Part shown: positions 44,172-56,200 of the stretch, piece by piece
Position numbering within the stretch: the first letter of the stretch is position 1
Layout of the letters: every line of letters begins with the position of its first letter
Origin: Alphaproteobacteria bacterium
GTDB lineage: Bacteria > Pseudomonadota > Alphaproteobacteria > UBA9219
Direction of reading: 5' to 3'
Assembly (NCBI GenBank): GCA_033763555.1
Contig: JANRKK010000009.1
Span: 732-64,731, forward strand
DNA length: 64,000 nucleotides
Notes under the pieces: model-generated
What the model was told of the DNA's origin: nothing
The model's input: only the letters and a program-made list of their open reading frames with translations
Databases searched by the model: none
Translations under genes and position numbers: made by a program

Positions 44172-44639
44172 ATGCCGTTTTTACGCTGTTTTCAGGCTTT
44201 TTTCCTTACCGGAACCCTCGCCTTGACCATGGTTGGGGCGTTCCCGGCGCGGTCCGCCTACGCGGCGATGGTCTTCTGCAATCACACGCGTGGGGTGGTG
44301 GAAGCGGCCCTCGGCTACCGGGATGGCGACGGCCAGAAGACCAGCTGGCAGTCTGAGGGCTGGTGGCGGATTGAGCCAGGTCAGTGCGCGCGCGTTTTCG
44401 GCAAGCCGCTGACACAGCGTTTTTATTATTACTATGCGACGGCGCTGGCACCTGCGGGACCCAACAAGTCGCCTTTCACCTGGGGCGGGAAATACCAGTT
44501 CTGCACCGATACCAAAGCTTTTCGCGCTGAAGGTGACGCCGAATGCGACACGCGCGGCTTGCAGACCAAGGGATTTCAGGAAGTCGATATTGGCGCAAAT
44601 ACCAAGGATTATACGCTGGATTTCCGCGATGGCGGTTGA
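44172..44639 (+). CDS. DUF1036 domain-containing protein
   Basis: Signal-like MPFLRCFQAFFLTGTLALTMVGAFPARSAYA, then MVFCNHTRGVVEAALGYRDG...WQSEGWWRIEPGQCARV...YYYYA...FC, as in the alphaproteobacterial DUF1036 family. ATG 44172 lies inside track ORF 44010..44639. Confidence 0.7.
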   Translation: MPFLRCFQAFFLTGTLALTMVGAFPARSAYAAMVFCNHTRGVVEAALGYRDGDGQKTSWQSEGWWRIEPGQCARVFGKPLTQRFYYYYATALAPAGPNKSPFTWGGKYQFCTDTKAFRAEGDAECDTRGLQTKGFQEVDIGANTKDYTLDFRDGG

Positions 44640-44645
44640 GGTCGC

Positions 44646-44843
44646 TTAGTGGTGATGATGGTGGGGAACGTAAAGATTGTAATCATATTTTAAAAAGGGC
44701 GGATGCACATGTGTGTCCGGCTCATCGAATTTTGTGACAAAAGCTTCCTTGCCTGCACGCGTGCAGATTTCATAGGCCGCTGCCTGATGTTCTGAAACAA
44801 GAGCGTCTGGTTCAAAAACAGTATCGAGGGGGTTGTCGAGCAT
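44646..44843 (-). CDS. hypothetical 65-aa ORF ending in HHHHH (weak)
   Basis: ORF in an AT-richer segment with no obvious SD. The C-terminus reads ...YNLYVPHHHHH*. Confidence 0.25.
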   Translation of the reverse strand: MLDNPLDTVFEPDALVSEHQAAAYEICTRAGKEAFVTKFDEPDTHVHPPFLKYDYNLYVPHHHHH

Positions 44844-45117
44844 GGGCTTCGGGGGCAGAGAACAGTAGGAAGTGAAGGCACTATAACCGGGCCAGACTGA
44901 GAATACAAATGATTCTCAATTGCACAGATCGAACTCTTTAAAATCAGGTGTTTTTGAGGGGTCCATACCCAGCCTCCTCAAACATCATGGCGAATTTTTG
45001 GCGGATTTTGATTTTCTAGCCTGAATTTTTCGCTGTTTTCCGACACAAGCTTGTTTCGTGATCGCACAATTCGCGGTAAGGTGGTTTTCTTCCGCTTAAC
45101 CTGTCCAGGAAAAACGC

Positions 45118-46254
45118 GTGCACGATATTTTCCATCTCGCCCAGCATTACGCTTTGCCGTTTCTGGTCGTTATCAGCGTCGTCGTCTTCGTCCATGAATT
45201 CGGCCATTACTGGGTGGCGCGCCGTTGCGGCGTCAAGGTGGAAACATTCTCCATCGGTTTTGGTGGTGAGATTTTCGGCTGGAATGACAAGCACGGCACG
45301 CGTTGGAAAGTTTCATGGCTGCCGCTGGGCGGCTATGTGAAAATGTTCGGCGATGCTGATCCTGCCAGCAGCCCCGACCCGACCGTCCATAAAATGACGG
45401 CCAAGGAAAAGAAGGTCGCCTTTTATCATCAGAGCGTGAACAAGCGCATGGCGATTGTCGTCGCCGGGCCCTTGTTCAATTATCTTTTTGCCATTCTTGT
45501 GCTGGCGCTTCTGTTCATGTTTCAGGGTCAGCCTTATTCGCCACCGACCATTACGGGTGTTACAGAAAACGGCGTTGCCGCCAAGGCTGGAATCAAACCG
45601 GGTGACCGCTTCGTCACGCTGGATGGTTATGCCGTCGACCGTTTTGAGGATATCAAGCGCATCGTCACCCTGAATGCCGGAACGCCGATCGCCGTTGAGG
45701 TTGAACGCGAGAGCAAGCGCATCCGTCTCAAACTCACGCCTGAAATCGTCAGCATGAAAGACAATTTCGGTGGCGAGCATAAAGGCGGCCGCATCGGCAT
45801 CGCCACCGACAAGCTGGATTACCGGAAATGGCCACCGTTGCGCGCGGTGAAGGAAGCGGCACTGGAAACCTGGAACCTGACCGCCAGCACACTCAAGGCC
45901 GTCGGCCAGATCATCATGGGCCTGCGCGGCGCGGAAGAGCTGGGTGGCCCGCTGCGTATCGCGGAAATGTCGGGCAAGGTGGCGAAGGACGGCGCCATTT
46001 CCCTGGTATGGTTCATGGGTGTCATCTCAATCAATCTCGGACTGATCAATCTTTTCCCTGTGCCGCTGTTGGATGGCGGGCATCTTGCTTTCTATCTGGT
46101 CGAAAAGCTGCGCGGCCGGGCATTGAACGAGCATATGCAGGAAATCAGCGCGCGCGTGGGCATGATTCTGGTCCTGTCCCTTATGGTTTTCGCGACTTGG
46201 AATGATCTTGTGCATCTCAAGGTAATTGCCTACCTTCGCGGTCTGTTCTCCTAG
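45118..46254 (+). CDS. rseP: RIP zinc metalloprotease RseP (M50)
   Basis: GTG start, HEFGHYWVARR (HExxH), a PDZ-like centre, and the LDG motif (NLFPVPLLDGGH). Confidence 0.9.
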   Translation: MHDIFHLAQHYALPFLVVISVVVFVHEFGHYWVARRCGVKVETFSIGFGGEIFGWNDKHGTRWKVSWLPLGGYVKMFGDADPASSPDPTVHKMTAKEKKVAFYHQSVNKRMAIVVAGPLFNYLFAILVLALLFMFQGQPYSPPTITGVTENGVAAKAGIKPGDRFVTLDGYAVDRFEDIKRIVTLNAGTPIAVEVERESKRIRLKLTPEIVSMKDNFGGEHKGGRIGIATDKLDYRKWPPLRAVKEAALETWNLTASTLKAVGQIIMGLRGAEELGGPLRIAEMSGKVAKDGAISLVWFMGVISINLGLINLFPVPLLDGGHLAFYLVEKLRGRALNEHMQEISARVGMILVLSLMVFATWNDLVHLKVIAYLRGLFS

Positions 46255-46275
46255 GAATCAGGAACGACCTTACCG

Positions 46276-48651
46276 ATGCCTTTTCGCGGGTCTCCACGCT
46301 GCCGTTGGGCCGTCCTTGCGGCCGGATTGGCTGTTGCCGGATTTCCGGCGGCAGGCGGGGCTGTCACGCCCCAATCGTCCAACACCGCGACCGCTTTTTT
46401 GGGCCAGCCCGTGATGCCCGTGGAAGCCGTGCCGCTGGCCGAAGGCACCATCGTTCAGGACATCAAGGTCGAAGGCGCGCAACGGCTTGAGCCGGAAACG
46501 GTTCTCTCCTACCTGACGGTCGCCAAAGGCGACGCCGCGACGCTGGAAAAAATTGACGCCTCGCTGAAGGCTTTGTACGCCACTGGACTTTTTTCCGATG
46601 TCACCATTGTGATGGATGGCGGAACGCTTCTTGTCCGTCTTGAGGAAAACTCGATCATCAACCGTGTGGCGTTCGAGGGCAATGACGCGCTGTCGAAGGA
46701 AGATCTGGAAAAGGAAGTTCAGGTCAAGCCGCGCCTTGTTTACACCCTGCCGCGCGTGCAGCGCGATGTGCAGCGCATTCTCGATCTCTACCGCCGCTCG
46801 GGCCGCTTCGGCGCGCTGGTTGAACCGAAAATCATCAAGCTGGAACAGAACCGCGTCGATCTGGTTTTTGAAATCACCGAAGGCGAACGGACGGGCATCC
46901 GCAATATCAGCTTTGTCGGCAACAAGAATTATGACAGCGAGGAACTGAACCAGGTCATCAACACGCGCGAAAGCGCCTGGTGGCGCTTTTTCTCCGCGAC
47001 CGACTATTACGATCCCGACCGCATGGCCTATGACAAGGAATTGCTGCGCCGTTTCTATATGAATGAAGGCTATGTCGATTTCCGTATTCTGTCTGCCGTG
47101 GCGGAACTGACGCCCGACCGCGATGATTTTTTCCTGACTTTTACTGTCGAGGAAGGCCCGCGCTACAAATTTGGCAAGGTTACCGTCAAAAGCGAAATCA
47201 AGGGGCTGGAAGGCGACAAGCTGACCGAATATCTGACCACCAAGCAGGGCGATTGGTACAGCGGCGATCAAGTTGAAAAAAGCGTCACGAAACTGACAAC
47301 TGCGCTTGGCGACAAGCAATATGCCTTCGTCAATATCACCCCGTCGCCCGACCGTCATAAAGACCAGCTGGTGGTCGATCTGAATTACGACATCAAGCAG
47401 GGCGAGCGCGTCTACATTGGCCGCATTGATGTTACGGGCAACAGCCGTACGATCGACAAGGTCATCCGCCGCCAGATGAAACTGGCCGAAGGCGATCCGT
47501 TCAACACTACCGCCTTGCATGCGTCCGAGCAGAGATTGAAAGATCTTGGCTTCTTTGACCCCGTGAAAGTAACGCCGACCGACGGTGCGCAGCCCGACCG
47601 CGCCAACGTGAAGGTCGAGGTGAAAGAAAAATCAACGGGTGAAGTTTCAATCGGCGCAGGCTTCTCCTCCACCGACGGTCCTTTGGGTGATTTCAGCATC
47701 CGCGAGCGCAACTTTATGGGGCAAGGGCAGGATGTCCGCCTTGGCGCAACCATCTCGGGCCGTACCAAGCAGATCGACACCAGCTTTACCGAGCCTTATT
47801 TCCTCGATCGCGATTTGTCGGCGGGCATCGATGCCTATCGCCTGCAAACCGACAATCAGGATCTCAGCTCCTACGATACGACCAGCACAGGCGCGGGCCT
47901 GCGGCTCGGCTATCCGCTGTCCGAACAGCTACGTCAACGTGTCAATTACAGCTTCCATGACGATACGATCAGCAACGTGCCCAGCAACGCGTCGCTGTTT
48001 ATTCAAGACCAGTCAGGCAATGCGGTGACCTCATCCATCGGTCAGAGCCTTACCTACGATACCCGCGACAGCAAGCTGACGCCGACGCTCGGCTTTATCA
48101 CGCATCTGGATACGGACTTCGCTGGGCTGGGTGGATCGCGCCGCTGGGCGCGCGTCAAGCTGGGGGGCACGCAATATTATCCGCTGTCGGAAAAATGGAT
48201 CATCAAGGGTCTGGTGGAAGTTGGGCAGATCTGGGGCATTGAAGGACCCACCAAGATCAACGAACGTTTCTTCCTGGGTGACGCTACGATGCGCGGCTTT
48301 CAGTATGCTGGCTTCGGCCCGCGCGATACCAGCAGCGCCAACCGTGACGCGCTGGGCGGCAACCGTTTCGCCCGCGGCACGCTGGAACTTTCCATGCCGA
48401 CACCTTTGCCGCCTGATCTGGGTCTGACGGGTCATCTTTTTGTCGATGCCGCCATGCTCGGCAGTCTTGACGAACAATCGGTGCCCGGCCGCACCTTCGT
48501 CGATGATCAAAGCCTGCGTCTCAGCTCGGGCATCGGCCTGACCTGGCAGTCGCCGTTCGGCCCTGTGCGCCTCGATTACGCCCAGCCCCTTATGTACAAA
48601 TCCTACGACAAGCTTCAGTACATCCATTTCAGCTTCGGCGCCAAATTCTAG
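46276..48651 (+). CDS. bamA: outer membrane protein assembly factor BamA
   Basis: 791 aa with a signal peptide, five POTRA-like repeats (I..I.V.G......V), and a C-terminal beta-barrel ending ...YIHFSFGAKF. rseP-bamA synteny is present. Confidence 0.92.
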   Translation: MPFRGSPRCRWAVLAAGLAVAGFPAAGGAVTPQSSNTATAFLGQPVMPVEAVPLAEGTIVQDIKVEGAQRLEPETVLSYLTVAKGDAATLEKIDASLKALYATGLFSDVTIVMDGGTLLVRLEENSIINRVAFEGNDALSKEDLEKEVQVKPRLVYTLPRVQRDVQRILDLYRRSGRFGALVEPKIIKLEQNRVDLVFEITEGERTGIRNISFVGNKNYDSEELNQVINTRESAWWRFFSATDYYDPDRMAYDKELLRRFYMNEGYVDFRILSAVAELTPDRDDFFLTFTVEEGPRYKFGKVTVKSEIKGLEGDKLTEYLTTKQGDWYSGDQVEKSVTKLTTALGDKQYAFVNITPSPDRHKDQLVVDLNYDIKQGERVYIGRIDVTGNSRTIDKVIRRQMKLAEGDPFNTTALHASEQRLKDLGFFDPVKVTPTDGAQPDRANVKVEVKEKSTGEVSIGAGFSSTDGPLGDFSIRERNFMGQGQDVRLGATISGRTKQIDTSFTEPYFLDRDLSAGIDAYRLQTDNQDLSSYDTTSTGAGLRLGYPLSEQLRQRVNYSFHDDTISNVPSNASLFIQDQSGNAVTSSIGQSLTYDTRDSKLTPTLGFITHLDTDFAGLGGSRRWARVKLGGTQYYPLSEKWIIKGLVEVGQIWGIEGPTKINERFFLGDATMRGFQYAGFGPRDTSSANRDALGGNRFARGTLELSMPTPLPPDLGLTGHLFVDAAMLGSLDEQSVPGRTFVDDQSLRLSSGIGLTWQSPFGPVRLDYAQPLMYKSYDKLQYIHFSFGAKF

Positions 48652-48703
48652 GCTCCGCAGGCGGGGATAGGCGTATGTTCGGGTTTTAGGCTATATCCCT
48701 TTT

Positions 48704-50206
48704 ATGAATCTGACTCCCGATTTTGCCTCTTTCGCCCGCAACTGGCGTGCCGGAAAAAACCAGACCGTCTGGACAAGCCTGGTCAGCGATACCGAAACGC
48801 CGATCTCGGCAATGCTCAAACTGGGGCAGGGAAAGCCGCACAGCTTCCTTCTGGAATCTATCGAAGGCGGCGCGGTGCGTGGGCGTTATTCCATCATCGG
48901 GCGGGAGCCTGATCTGATCTGGCGCTGCGAAGGCGGCAAGGCTGCCATCAACCGCGCGGCCCTGAAGAATCCAAATGATTTTTCGCCGTCGCCGCGCGGC
49001 CCGCTGGACGATTTGCGCGCGCTGCTGGAAGAAATACGGATTGATGATCCCAGCCAGCCGCAGCCGATGGCTGCCGGGCTGTTCGGTTATTTGGGCTATG
49101 AAATGGTGCGCTATATGGAGCGCCTGCCGGAGACCAATCCGGGTGGTGTCGATGTGCCCGAAGCTATTTTAATCCGCCCAACTCTTCTGGCCATCTGCGA
49201 CCAGATCGAAAATAAATTCACGCTGGTGACGCCCGTCTGGTTCGACAAGGTGCAAACCGCCGAGGCCGCCTATGCCGCCGCGCAGGGCAGGTTGAAACAA
49301 GCGCTGGAAGATTTGGGCCGTGCGCCGCCTGTTCTTACGCAGGCTTCGCCGCAGAAGTTCCTGCCGGAGCCGTCGGCCAATATGGGTGAAGCCGATTACT
49401 GCGCGATGGCTGAGCGCGCCAAAGATTATATCCGTGCGGGCGATATTTTTCAGGTCGTTCTGTCGCAGCGTTTCAGCCTGCCTTTTACCTTGCCGCCCTT
49501 CGATCTTTACCGCGCCGTGCGGCGGCTCGACCCGTCGCCTTTCCTGTTCTTTTTCGATCTGGGCGCGTTTTCAGTTGTCGGCTCCAGCCCGGAAATTCTC
49601 GTGCGCGTGCGCGACGGCAAGGTGACGATCCGCCCCATCGCCGGCACCCGGCCGCGCGGCCTCGGCAACCGCAGCGACAGCGAATTGGCGGCCGATCTTC
49701 TCGCCGACCCCAAGGAGTTGGCCGAACATCTCATGCTGCTCGATCTTGGCCGCAACGATGTCGGGCGTGTGGCGAAAACCGGAACAGTCAAGGTTACGGC
49801 GCGCAACACCATCGAATATTACCGCCATGTCATGCATATCGTTTCCAACGTGGAAGGCGAACTGGACTCGAAGCACACGCCGCTTGAGGCGCTGATGGGC
49901 GGCTTCCCGGCAGGCACCGTCAGCGGCGCGCCGAAAATCCGCGCGATGGAAATCATCAACGAGCTGGAGCCAGACCGCCGCGGCGTTTATGCGGGATGCA
50001 TCGGCTATTTTGGCGCGAACGGGACAATGGATACCTGCATTGCCATCCGTACCGCTGTCATCAAGGATGGTGTGATGCATGTGCAGGCGGGCGCGGGCAT
50101 TGTCTATGACAGCGATCCTCAGTCCGAGCATCGCGAATGCGTCGCCAAGGCGCGGGGGATGATTCGCGCGGCCCAGGAAGCGCTGGAAGAAACCCCTAAA
50201 AGCTGA
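48704..50206 (+). CDS. trpE: anthranilate synthase component I
   Basis: 500 aa with LLESIEGG...; ...GDIFQVVLSQRF...; GTRPRG...; LLDLGRNDVGRV...; GAPKIRAMEII.ELE...RG.YAG..GYF... Confidence 0.9.
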   Translation: MNLTPDFASFARNWRAGKNQTVWTSLVSDTETPISAMLKLGQGKPHSFLLESIEGGAVRGRYSIIGREPDLIWRCEGGKAAINRAALKNPNDFSPSPRGPLDDLRALLEEIRIDDPSQPQPMAAGLFGYLGYEMVRYMERLPETNPGGVDVPEAILIRPTLLAICDQIENKFTLVTPVWFDKVQTAEAAYAAAQGRLKQALEDLGRAPPVLTQASPQKFLPEPSANMGEADYCAMAERAKDYIRAGDIFQVVLSQRFSLPFTLPPFDLYRAVRRLDPSPFLFFFDLGAFSVVGSSPEILVRVRDGKVTIRPIAGTRPRGLGNRSDSELAADLLADPKELAEHLMLLDLGRNDVGRVAKTGTVKVTARNTIEYYRHVMHIVSNVEGELDSKHTPLEALMGGFPAGTVSGAPKIRAMEIINELEPDRRGVYAGCIGYFGANGTMDTCIAIRTAVIKDGVMHVQAGAGIVYDSDPQSEHRECVAKARGMIRAAQEALEETPKS

Positions 50207-53200
50207 GCCAAAAGGCGTGGCGGAATTACCTCATACGGAGGTATTTTTTGCACCGCACCAGAGACGAAATTTTATAACCCATTGAAAAATAGGCATTTAA
50301 ACTATTGGTAGTAAAGGGAAAAGCCAAAAGCCTATTAAGCTATCGTTGACTTTGATGGCCTATCCTATATGCGGTGCACAAAGGAATTGCCGCACCCGAT
50401 ATGAAGGAGGTCATATGTTGGTATCCGGACAAAGACCCGCCAATGACGTAACCAAGCTGGGCCCGAACTCTGCGATGCAGCCTGTGTCTGGCGTTAAGGT
50501 CGTTGCTGCTGAAAAAGTGCACGGTATAGGCAACCGTCGCTTTATTCACCCGGAAGAGTCTGCCAAAACCCCGCAGCCTTCCTAAATTTTCCAATCGGAA
50601 GAAATCAATTCGCCAAATCCGGCGGCAGGGCTTCTAAGGTCTTGTTTATTCGGGTTTTAACTTTTGGACATTAACCATACTTGTCGTGGTTAAATCCAAA
50701 AGCGGTGAAACTATTTTTTGCATTTTGACTTTGCTATAAAGGCCGCGCAGACGGGTATGGCTATAACTGCGACCTATTAATTTCTATAAGGATACATACT
50801 ATGCAATTGAGTCAGGAATCAATCACGCGTGCACAAAAACACGGCGAAAAAACCTTTGCTAGGACCATACACCAATTAAAAGAAATTGGAGCTGATGCGC
50901 ATCATCTTACTGAAGGCGCTGACATAGATCACTGTGCAATAGAGGCGCGGAAACTGCTCGACCAAGAGGCAGGAATCATAGAACAGCTTCGTCAAGCTGA
51001 AGACTCAAAAACACTTTTTCAAAGATTAGACCTCACAGGCGGAATATGCTTTTCACAGGAGCAGAAACTAGTGGGTATATTGGTACGATCCTATGTGATC
51101 GGTTTTATGGACAGCATGAAAATGTCAATGCGCGGGTTAATGCAAGAACATGAAGCTTGGATTGCAACAGAAATTCCTAAGGCCAGCGCTCTAGTCCGCG
51201 GCGCGTTGGATTTTGCGGATTGTGGAATTCGTGACGGACTAACGGAACAGCAAGCTGAGCGGCTCGAAGCGTTGCGCGGCAACCTTGCTTTGGCTTTGAG
51301 GTATGAACAACCTGCCACAATGCAGCTTGCTGCATTGGAGGTCTTTTACCGAGGACTTCCAACTATTCGAAATGGAGAGCATATTTTATCGTGCGATCAA
51401 GCGTTCAGGAATGATGAAAAAAGAATACAGAAGGGCGTTAAAAAATTTAATCCTGCTTTCGCGCAATCATAAAGCCAAAAATTGCTATTCATTCTATATC
51501 GTCAAATCCGGCGGCAGGGCTTCCCGCGTCAGTTTTTTGGCGGCGTCGGCCAGCGGCATGATGTCCTGCGCTTCACCGCCCAGGCGGCGCAGGGCAACCG
51601 TTTTTCCTTCTGCTTCCTTTTTGCCCACAACCAAGATCAACGGAACTTTCTGCAGGGAATGATCGCGGATTTTTGCGTTGATCTTCTCGGGCCGTGTATC
51701 GGTCTGCACGCGCAGCCCGGCTTGCGTCAGCGTTTCGTAAACCTCTTGCGCGTAGGCGTCGGCGTCGTTGGTAATCGTACACACCACCGCCTGCACAGGC
51801 GCGAGCCAGAGCGGGAACTTCCCGGCATAATGCTCGATCAGAATGCCGATAAAGCGATGTAGCGAACCTAAAACCGCGCGATGCAGCATGACGGGACGGT
51901 GTTTCTGCCCGTCCTCGCCGATATAGGTCGCATCCAGCCGTTCCGGCATATTGAAATCAACCTGCAGCGTGCCGCACTGCCATTCGCGGCCGATGGCGTC
52001 GCGCAGATAAAACTCGATCTTGGGGCCATAAAACGCGCCGTCGCCGGGATTCATGTCATAAGTCAGGCCCGCGCCTTTCAGTGCCGCATGCAGCGCCTTT
52101 TCCGATTTGTCCCAGATGGCGTCGGAACCTGCGCGGACTTCCGGGCGATCGGCAAGACGCACGCGCGCGACCTCAAAACCGAGTTCGGCATACATGGATT
52201 GCAGAAGCTGGCAGAAAGCGACGCTTTCGCTTTGAATCTGATCTTCGGTGCAGAAGATATGCGCGTCGTCCTGCACCATCTGCCGCACGCGGATGAGGCC
52301 GTGCATGGCGCCATGCGCCTCGTTGCGGTGGCAATTGCCGAACTCCGCCATGCGCAACGGCAATTCACGGTAGCTGGTGATGCCCTGCTTGAAAATCTGC
52401 ACATGGCCGGGGCAGTTCATCGGCTTGACGCCAAGCATCTGCATATCTTCCGGCTTGTCGCCATGCTTCACGGCGACCTTGAACATATTGTCGCCATACA
52501 TGTCCCAATGGCCGGAGGCCTTGAAGATCGAGCTATCGTAAAGCTGCGGCGTATGAACCTCCTCATACCCGGCCTTGCGGATGCGGCGGCGCACATAGCT
52601 TTCGATGGCGCGGTAGAGGGTCCAGCCCTTGGCGTGCCAGAAAACGCTGCCTGCTGCCTCGTCCTGGAAGTGGAAAAGATCGAGTTCCTTGCCAAGCTTG
52701 CGGTGGTCGCGCTTCTCTGCTTCCTCGATCATCGTCAGATAGGCCTGCAATTCCTTGTCGTCGCGCCAGGCGGTGCCATAGATGCGCTGGAGCATCGGAT
52801 TACGGTGATCACCACGCCAATAGGCGCCCGCGACTTTCAGCAGCTTGAAAGATGTTCCCGTCTTTCCGGTCGAGGGCATATGCGGCCCGCGGCAGAGATC
52901 TTTCCATTCACCCTGGCTGTAGACCGTAATTTCATCCGCGGCAGGCAAATCCTTGATCAGCTCGACCTTGTAATGTTCGCCCTTGCCTGTGAAGAATTTG
53001 ATGGCTTCGTCACGCGTCCAGACCTCGCGCTTCAAGGGTTTATCGCGGGCGATGATCTCGCGCATCTTGGCTTCGATGGCCGGGAAATCCTCAAGACTGA
53101 AAGGTTTGTCGCGGGCGAAATCGTAATAAAAACCGTTCTCGATGGTCGGGCCGATGGTCACCTGCGTACCGGGAAAAAGCTCCTGCACCGCTTCGGCGAG

Positions 53201-56200
53201 GATATGCGCTGTATCATGCCGGATAAGCTCCAGCGCATCGGCTGATTTGCGGGTGACGACCTCGACCTTGCCGTCCCGCTCGATGAGGCGTAGCAGATCG
53301 CGCATCTCGCCATCCAGTTTGATGGCCAGAGCGGCGGCGGCGAGACCCTTGCCGATGCTGGCGGCCAGTTCCGCACCCGTAACGGGGCCGGGGAATTCCT
53401 TCACCGTACCGTCGGGCAGCGTGAGGTGCAGAGGCGTGGATTTGCGAACCGATTGTTCCATAAAGTGTTTTTACCCGAGGTGAGTCCATTCTGCAACGTG
53501 CGCTGGAATTCATCCTTCGTGCGATTGCGCCGCGACTCGCGCCCAAGGTAACTAGGTGGGCGAAAGTGATTCGCATGAATTTTCCAAGGACAAGCCGGTA
53601 TGACGAGTTTGAAGCCCCTGATGGTTCTGTTTTTATCGGACGGCAACGCCGCCCGCGGCATTCTGGCCGAGGCGCTTTTGCGCGAAAAGGGCGGGGTGCG
53701 TTTCATGGCGCGTTCGGCCGGCGCGCGCCCGGCTGCCGAAGTGCACCCGCACACGCTGGCCCTTTTGCAGGCCGAAGGAATCAATACCGACGGACTGCAC
53801 ACTAAAGGCTGGAATGAATTTCTGGCCTCGGCGCATATCCTGAAGATCGATGTGATTGTCACCTTGTCGGAAGAGGCGCGGGTCAACAGCCCCGTCTGGC
53901 CCGGCAATCCGGTGCGCGTGCATTGGCCGGTGGACGATCCCCTGTCGGCGGAAAAGCCGGACGTCATGGAATGGAAATTCCGCAAATGCTTCGCGACGCT
54001 GGAAAACCGCATCGCCGCACTGGTCAAAACCCGTGCCGCGCAAAGCGCTTGCGAGCTTCTGCTGCAGCTCAAGGATATTGGGATGGTGGTTTAGTTAAAT
54101 CGCCGCCGTTGCGTCCGTCAGCCATTTGACCGTCATATCATCAACCAGGGGCCGCAAGGCTTCGCGCACGCGGGCATGATAGGCGTTAAGCCATTTTACT
54201 TCTGGTTCGGTCAACATCGTGACGTCAATCAGCCGCCTGTCGATGGGCACGAGAGTCAGAGTTTCAAAGCCGAGCATGCTGCGTTCGCTGCCCGCCTGAC
54301 CAACGATCTCAACAACCGCCTGCAGGTTTTCGATACGGATGCCGTAATGCCCGGCCTTGTAATAGCCGGGCTCGTTCGACACCACCATGCCGGGTTTCAG
54401 TGCTACCTTGCTGCGCTTGGAAATGCTTTGGGGCCCTTCATGTACGCCGAGATAGCTGCCAACGCCGTGCCCTGTGCCATGCCCGTAATCCAGCCCCGCT
54501 TCCCACAGATATTGCCGTGCCAGCACATCCAGCTCGGCCCCCGTCGTGCCTTCCGGGAAACGAATGGCGGAAAGGGCGATATGGCCCTTAAGGACGCGGG
54601 TGAAGCGGTCGCGCATTTCCTGTGACGGTTTGCCAAGCGCGACGGTGCGCGTCACATCCGTCGTGCCGTCGAGATACTGTCCGCCGCTGTCGAGCAGATA
54701 AAGCTGCCCCAGCTCCAGCTTGCGGTTGGTGGTCTTGGTGGCGCGGTAATGCACAATCGCGCCATGCGCACCGACGCCCGAGATCGTATCGAAACTGGGA
54801 CCGCGATAGAGATTGTTGGTACCACGAAATTCGGCCAGCTTTTCCTCGGCGCTGATTTCCGTCACGACATCAGCGGCGAAATTCTGGTCGAGCCAGGCAA
54901 GGAATTTTACCAGAGCCGCGCCGTCACGGCGATGGGCCGAGCGCATGCCTTCCAGCTCCACCGGGTTCTTGCAGGCTTTCGGCAGGGCGCAAGGGTCATC
55001 GCCGGAATCCAGTTTCGCCTTCGCGGCACGCAAACGTTCGATAATCCAACTGGCGGATTCGGTAGGATCAATACGGACAGATTTGCCATCCTTGCCAAGC
55101 TGATCGAGTGCATGCGGGAACTGCCCCGTATGCTCGATCTGCACGTCCGGCCCCAGATGGGCTTCCAATCCGCCTGTCACTTTGCGTGGATCGACAAACC
55201 ATTTTACCGAGGCATCGTCACGGATAATGGCGAAACTGAGCGGCAAGGGCGTGTTCGGCACATCGCCGCCACGGATATTGAGCAGCCATGCGATTGAAGC
55301 CGGATCAGTGATGACGGCGGCGGCCAGATTGTTCTTTTTCAGACTTTCAGCGATGGCGGTGCGCTTGTCGGCGGAGCTTTTTCCGGCATAGGCGAGGTCG
55401 TAGGCGTGAATGGGTTCCGCAGGCGGTACCGGGCGATCATGCCAGATGGCATCCAGCGGATTGCTTTCAACGGGCGCGAGGGTGGCGCCGGATTTCGCCA
55501 GAGCCTTTTTCATCCGGCTGATGCCGTCTTCGGTATGCAGCCAGGCGTCATAGCCGATTTTCATGCCCGTCGAGGTATTTTCCGCCAGCCAGTCGGCAGG
55601 CATTTTCACCGCGCTGTCATGGACGGTGAAGAGATCGGAGGCCACCTGTTGCCCCGCCTGCAACGTGTAACGGCCATCGGTAAAAAAGGCGGCCTTGTCG
55701 CGCAAAACAACAGCAAACCCGGCCGAGCCCGTGAAGCCCGTGAGAAATTCAATGCGCCGCGCTGAGGCGGGGACATATTCGCTCTGATACTCATCGGCCA
55801 TCGGCACGAGAAAGCCGTCATGGCCGGATGTAGCGAGTTCAGTGCGCAGTTGCTTGAGGCGGGAGGCATGCGGATCTTGGCTCATGCCGCCATCATGCCC
55901 TCGCACGGCGTTTCAAGGCAAGCACCACCCATTCCCCGATCTGCAGGCGTTTGATCAGGTGGAGTTTTTGCATCCGGTGTGCGGCAAGGACGCGGTTGGC
56001 TTGCGGGCCGAGAAAGCCGGACAGGATAACGATGCCGCCGGGACGCAGATGACGGTTCAATTCCTTTGCCATATGGCTGATGGGTCCGGCGAAGATATTC
56101 GCCATCACAAGATCATAGGGTCCGTTGCGGCGCACCAGCACGCTGTTATAGCCGAGCCCGAGCCCGATGCGGGTTTTTGCGCTCAGCCCGTTGATGGCGG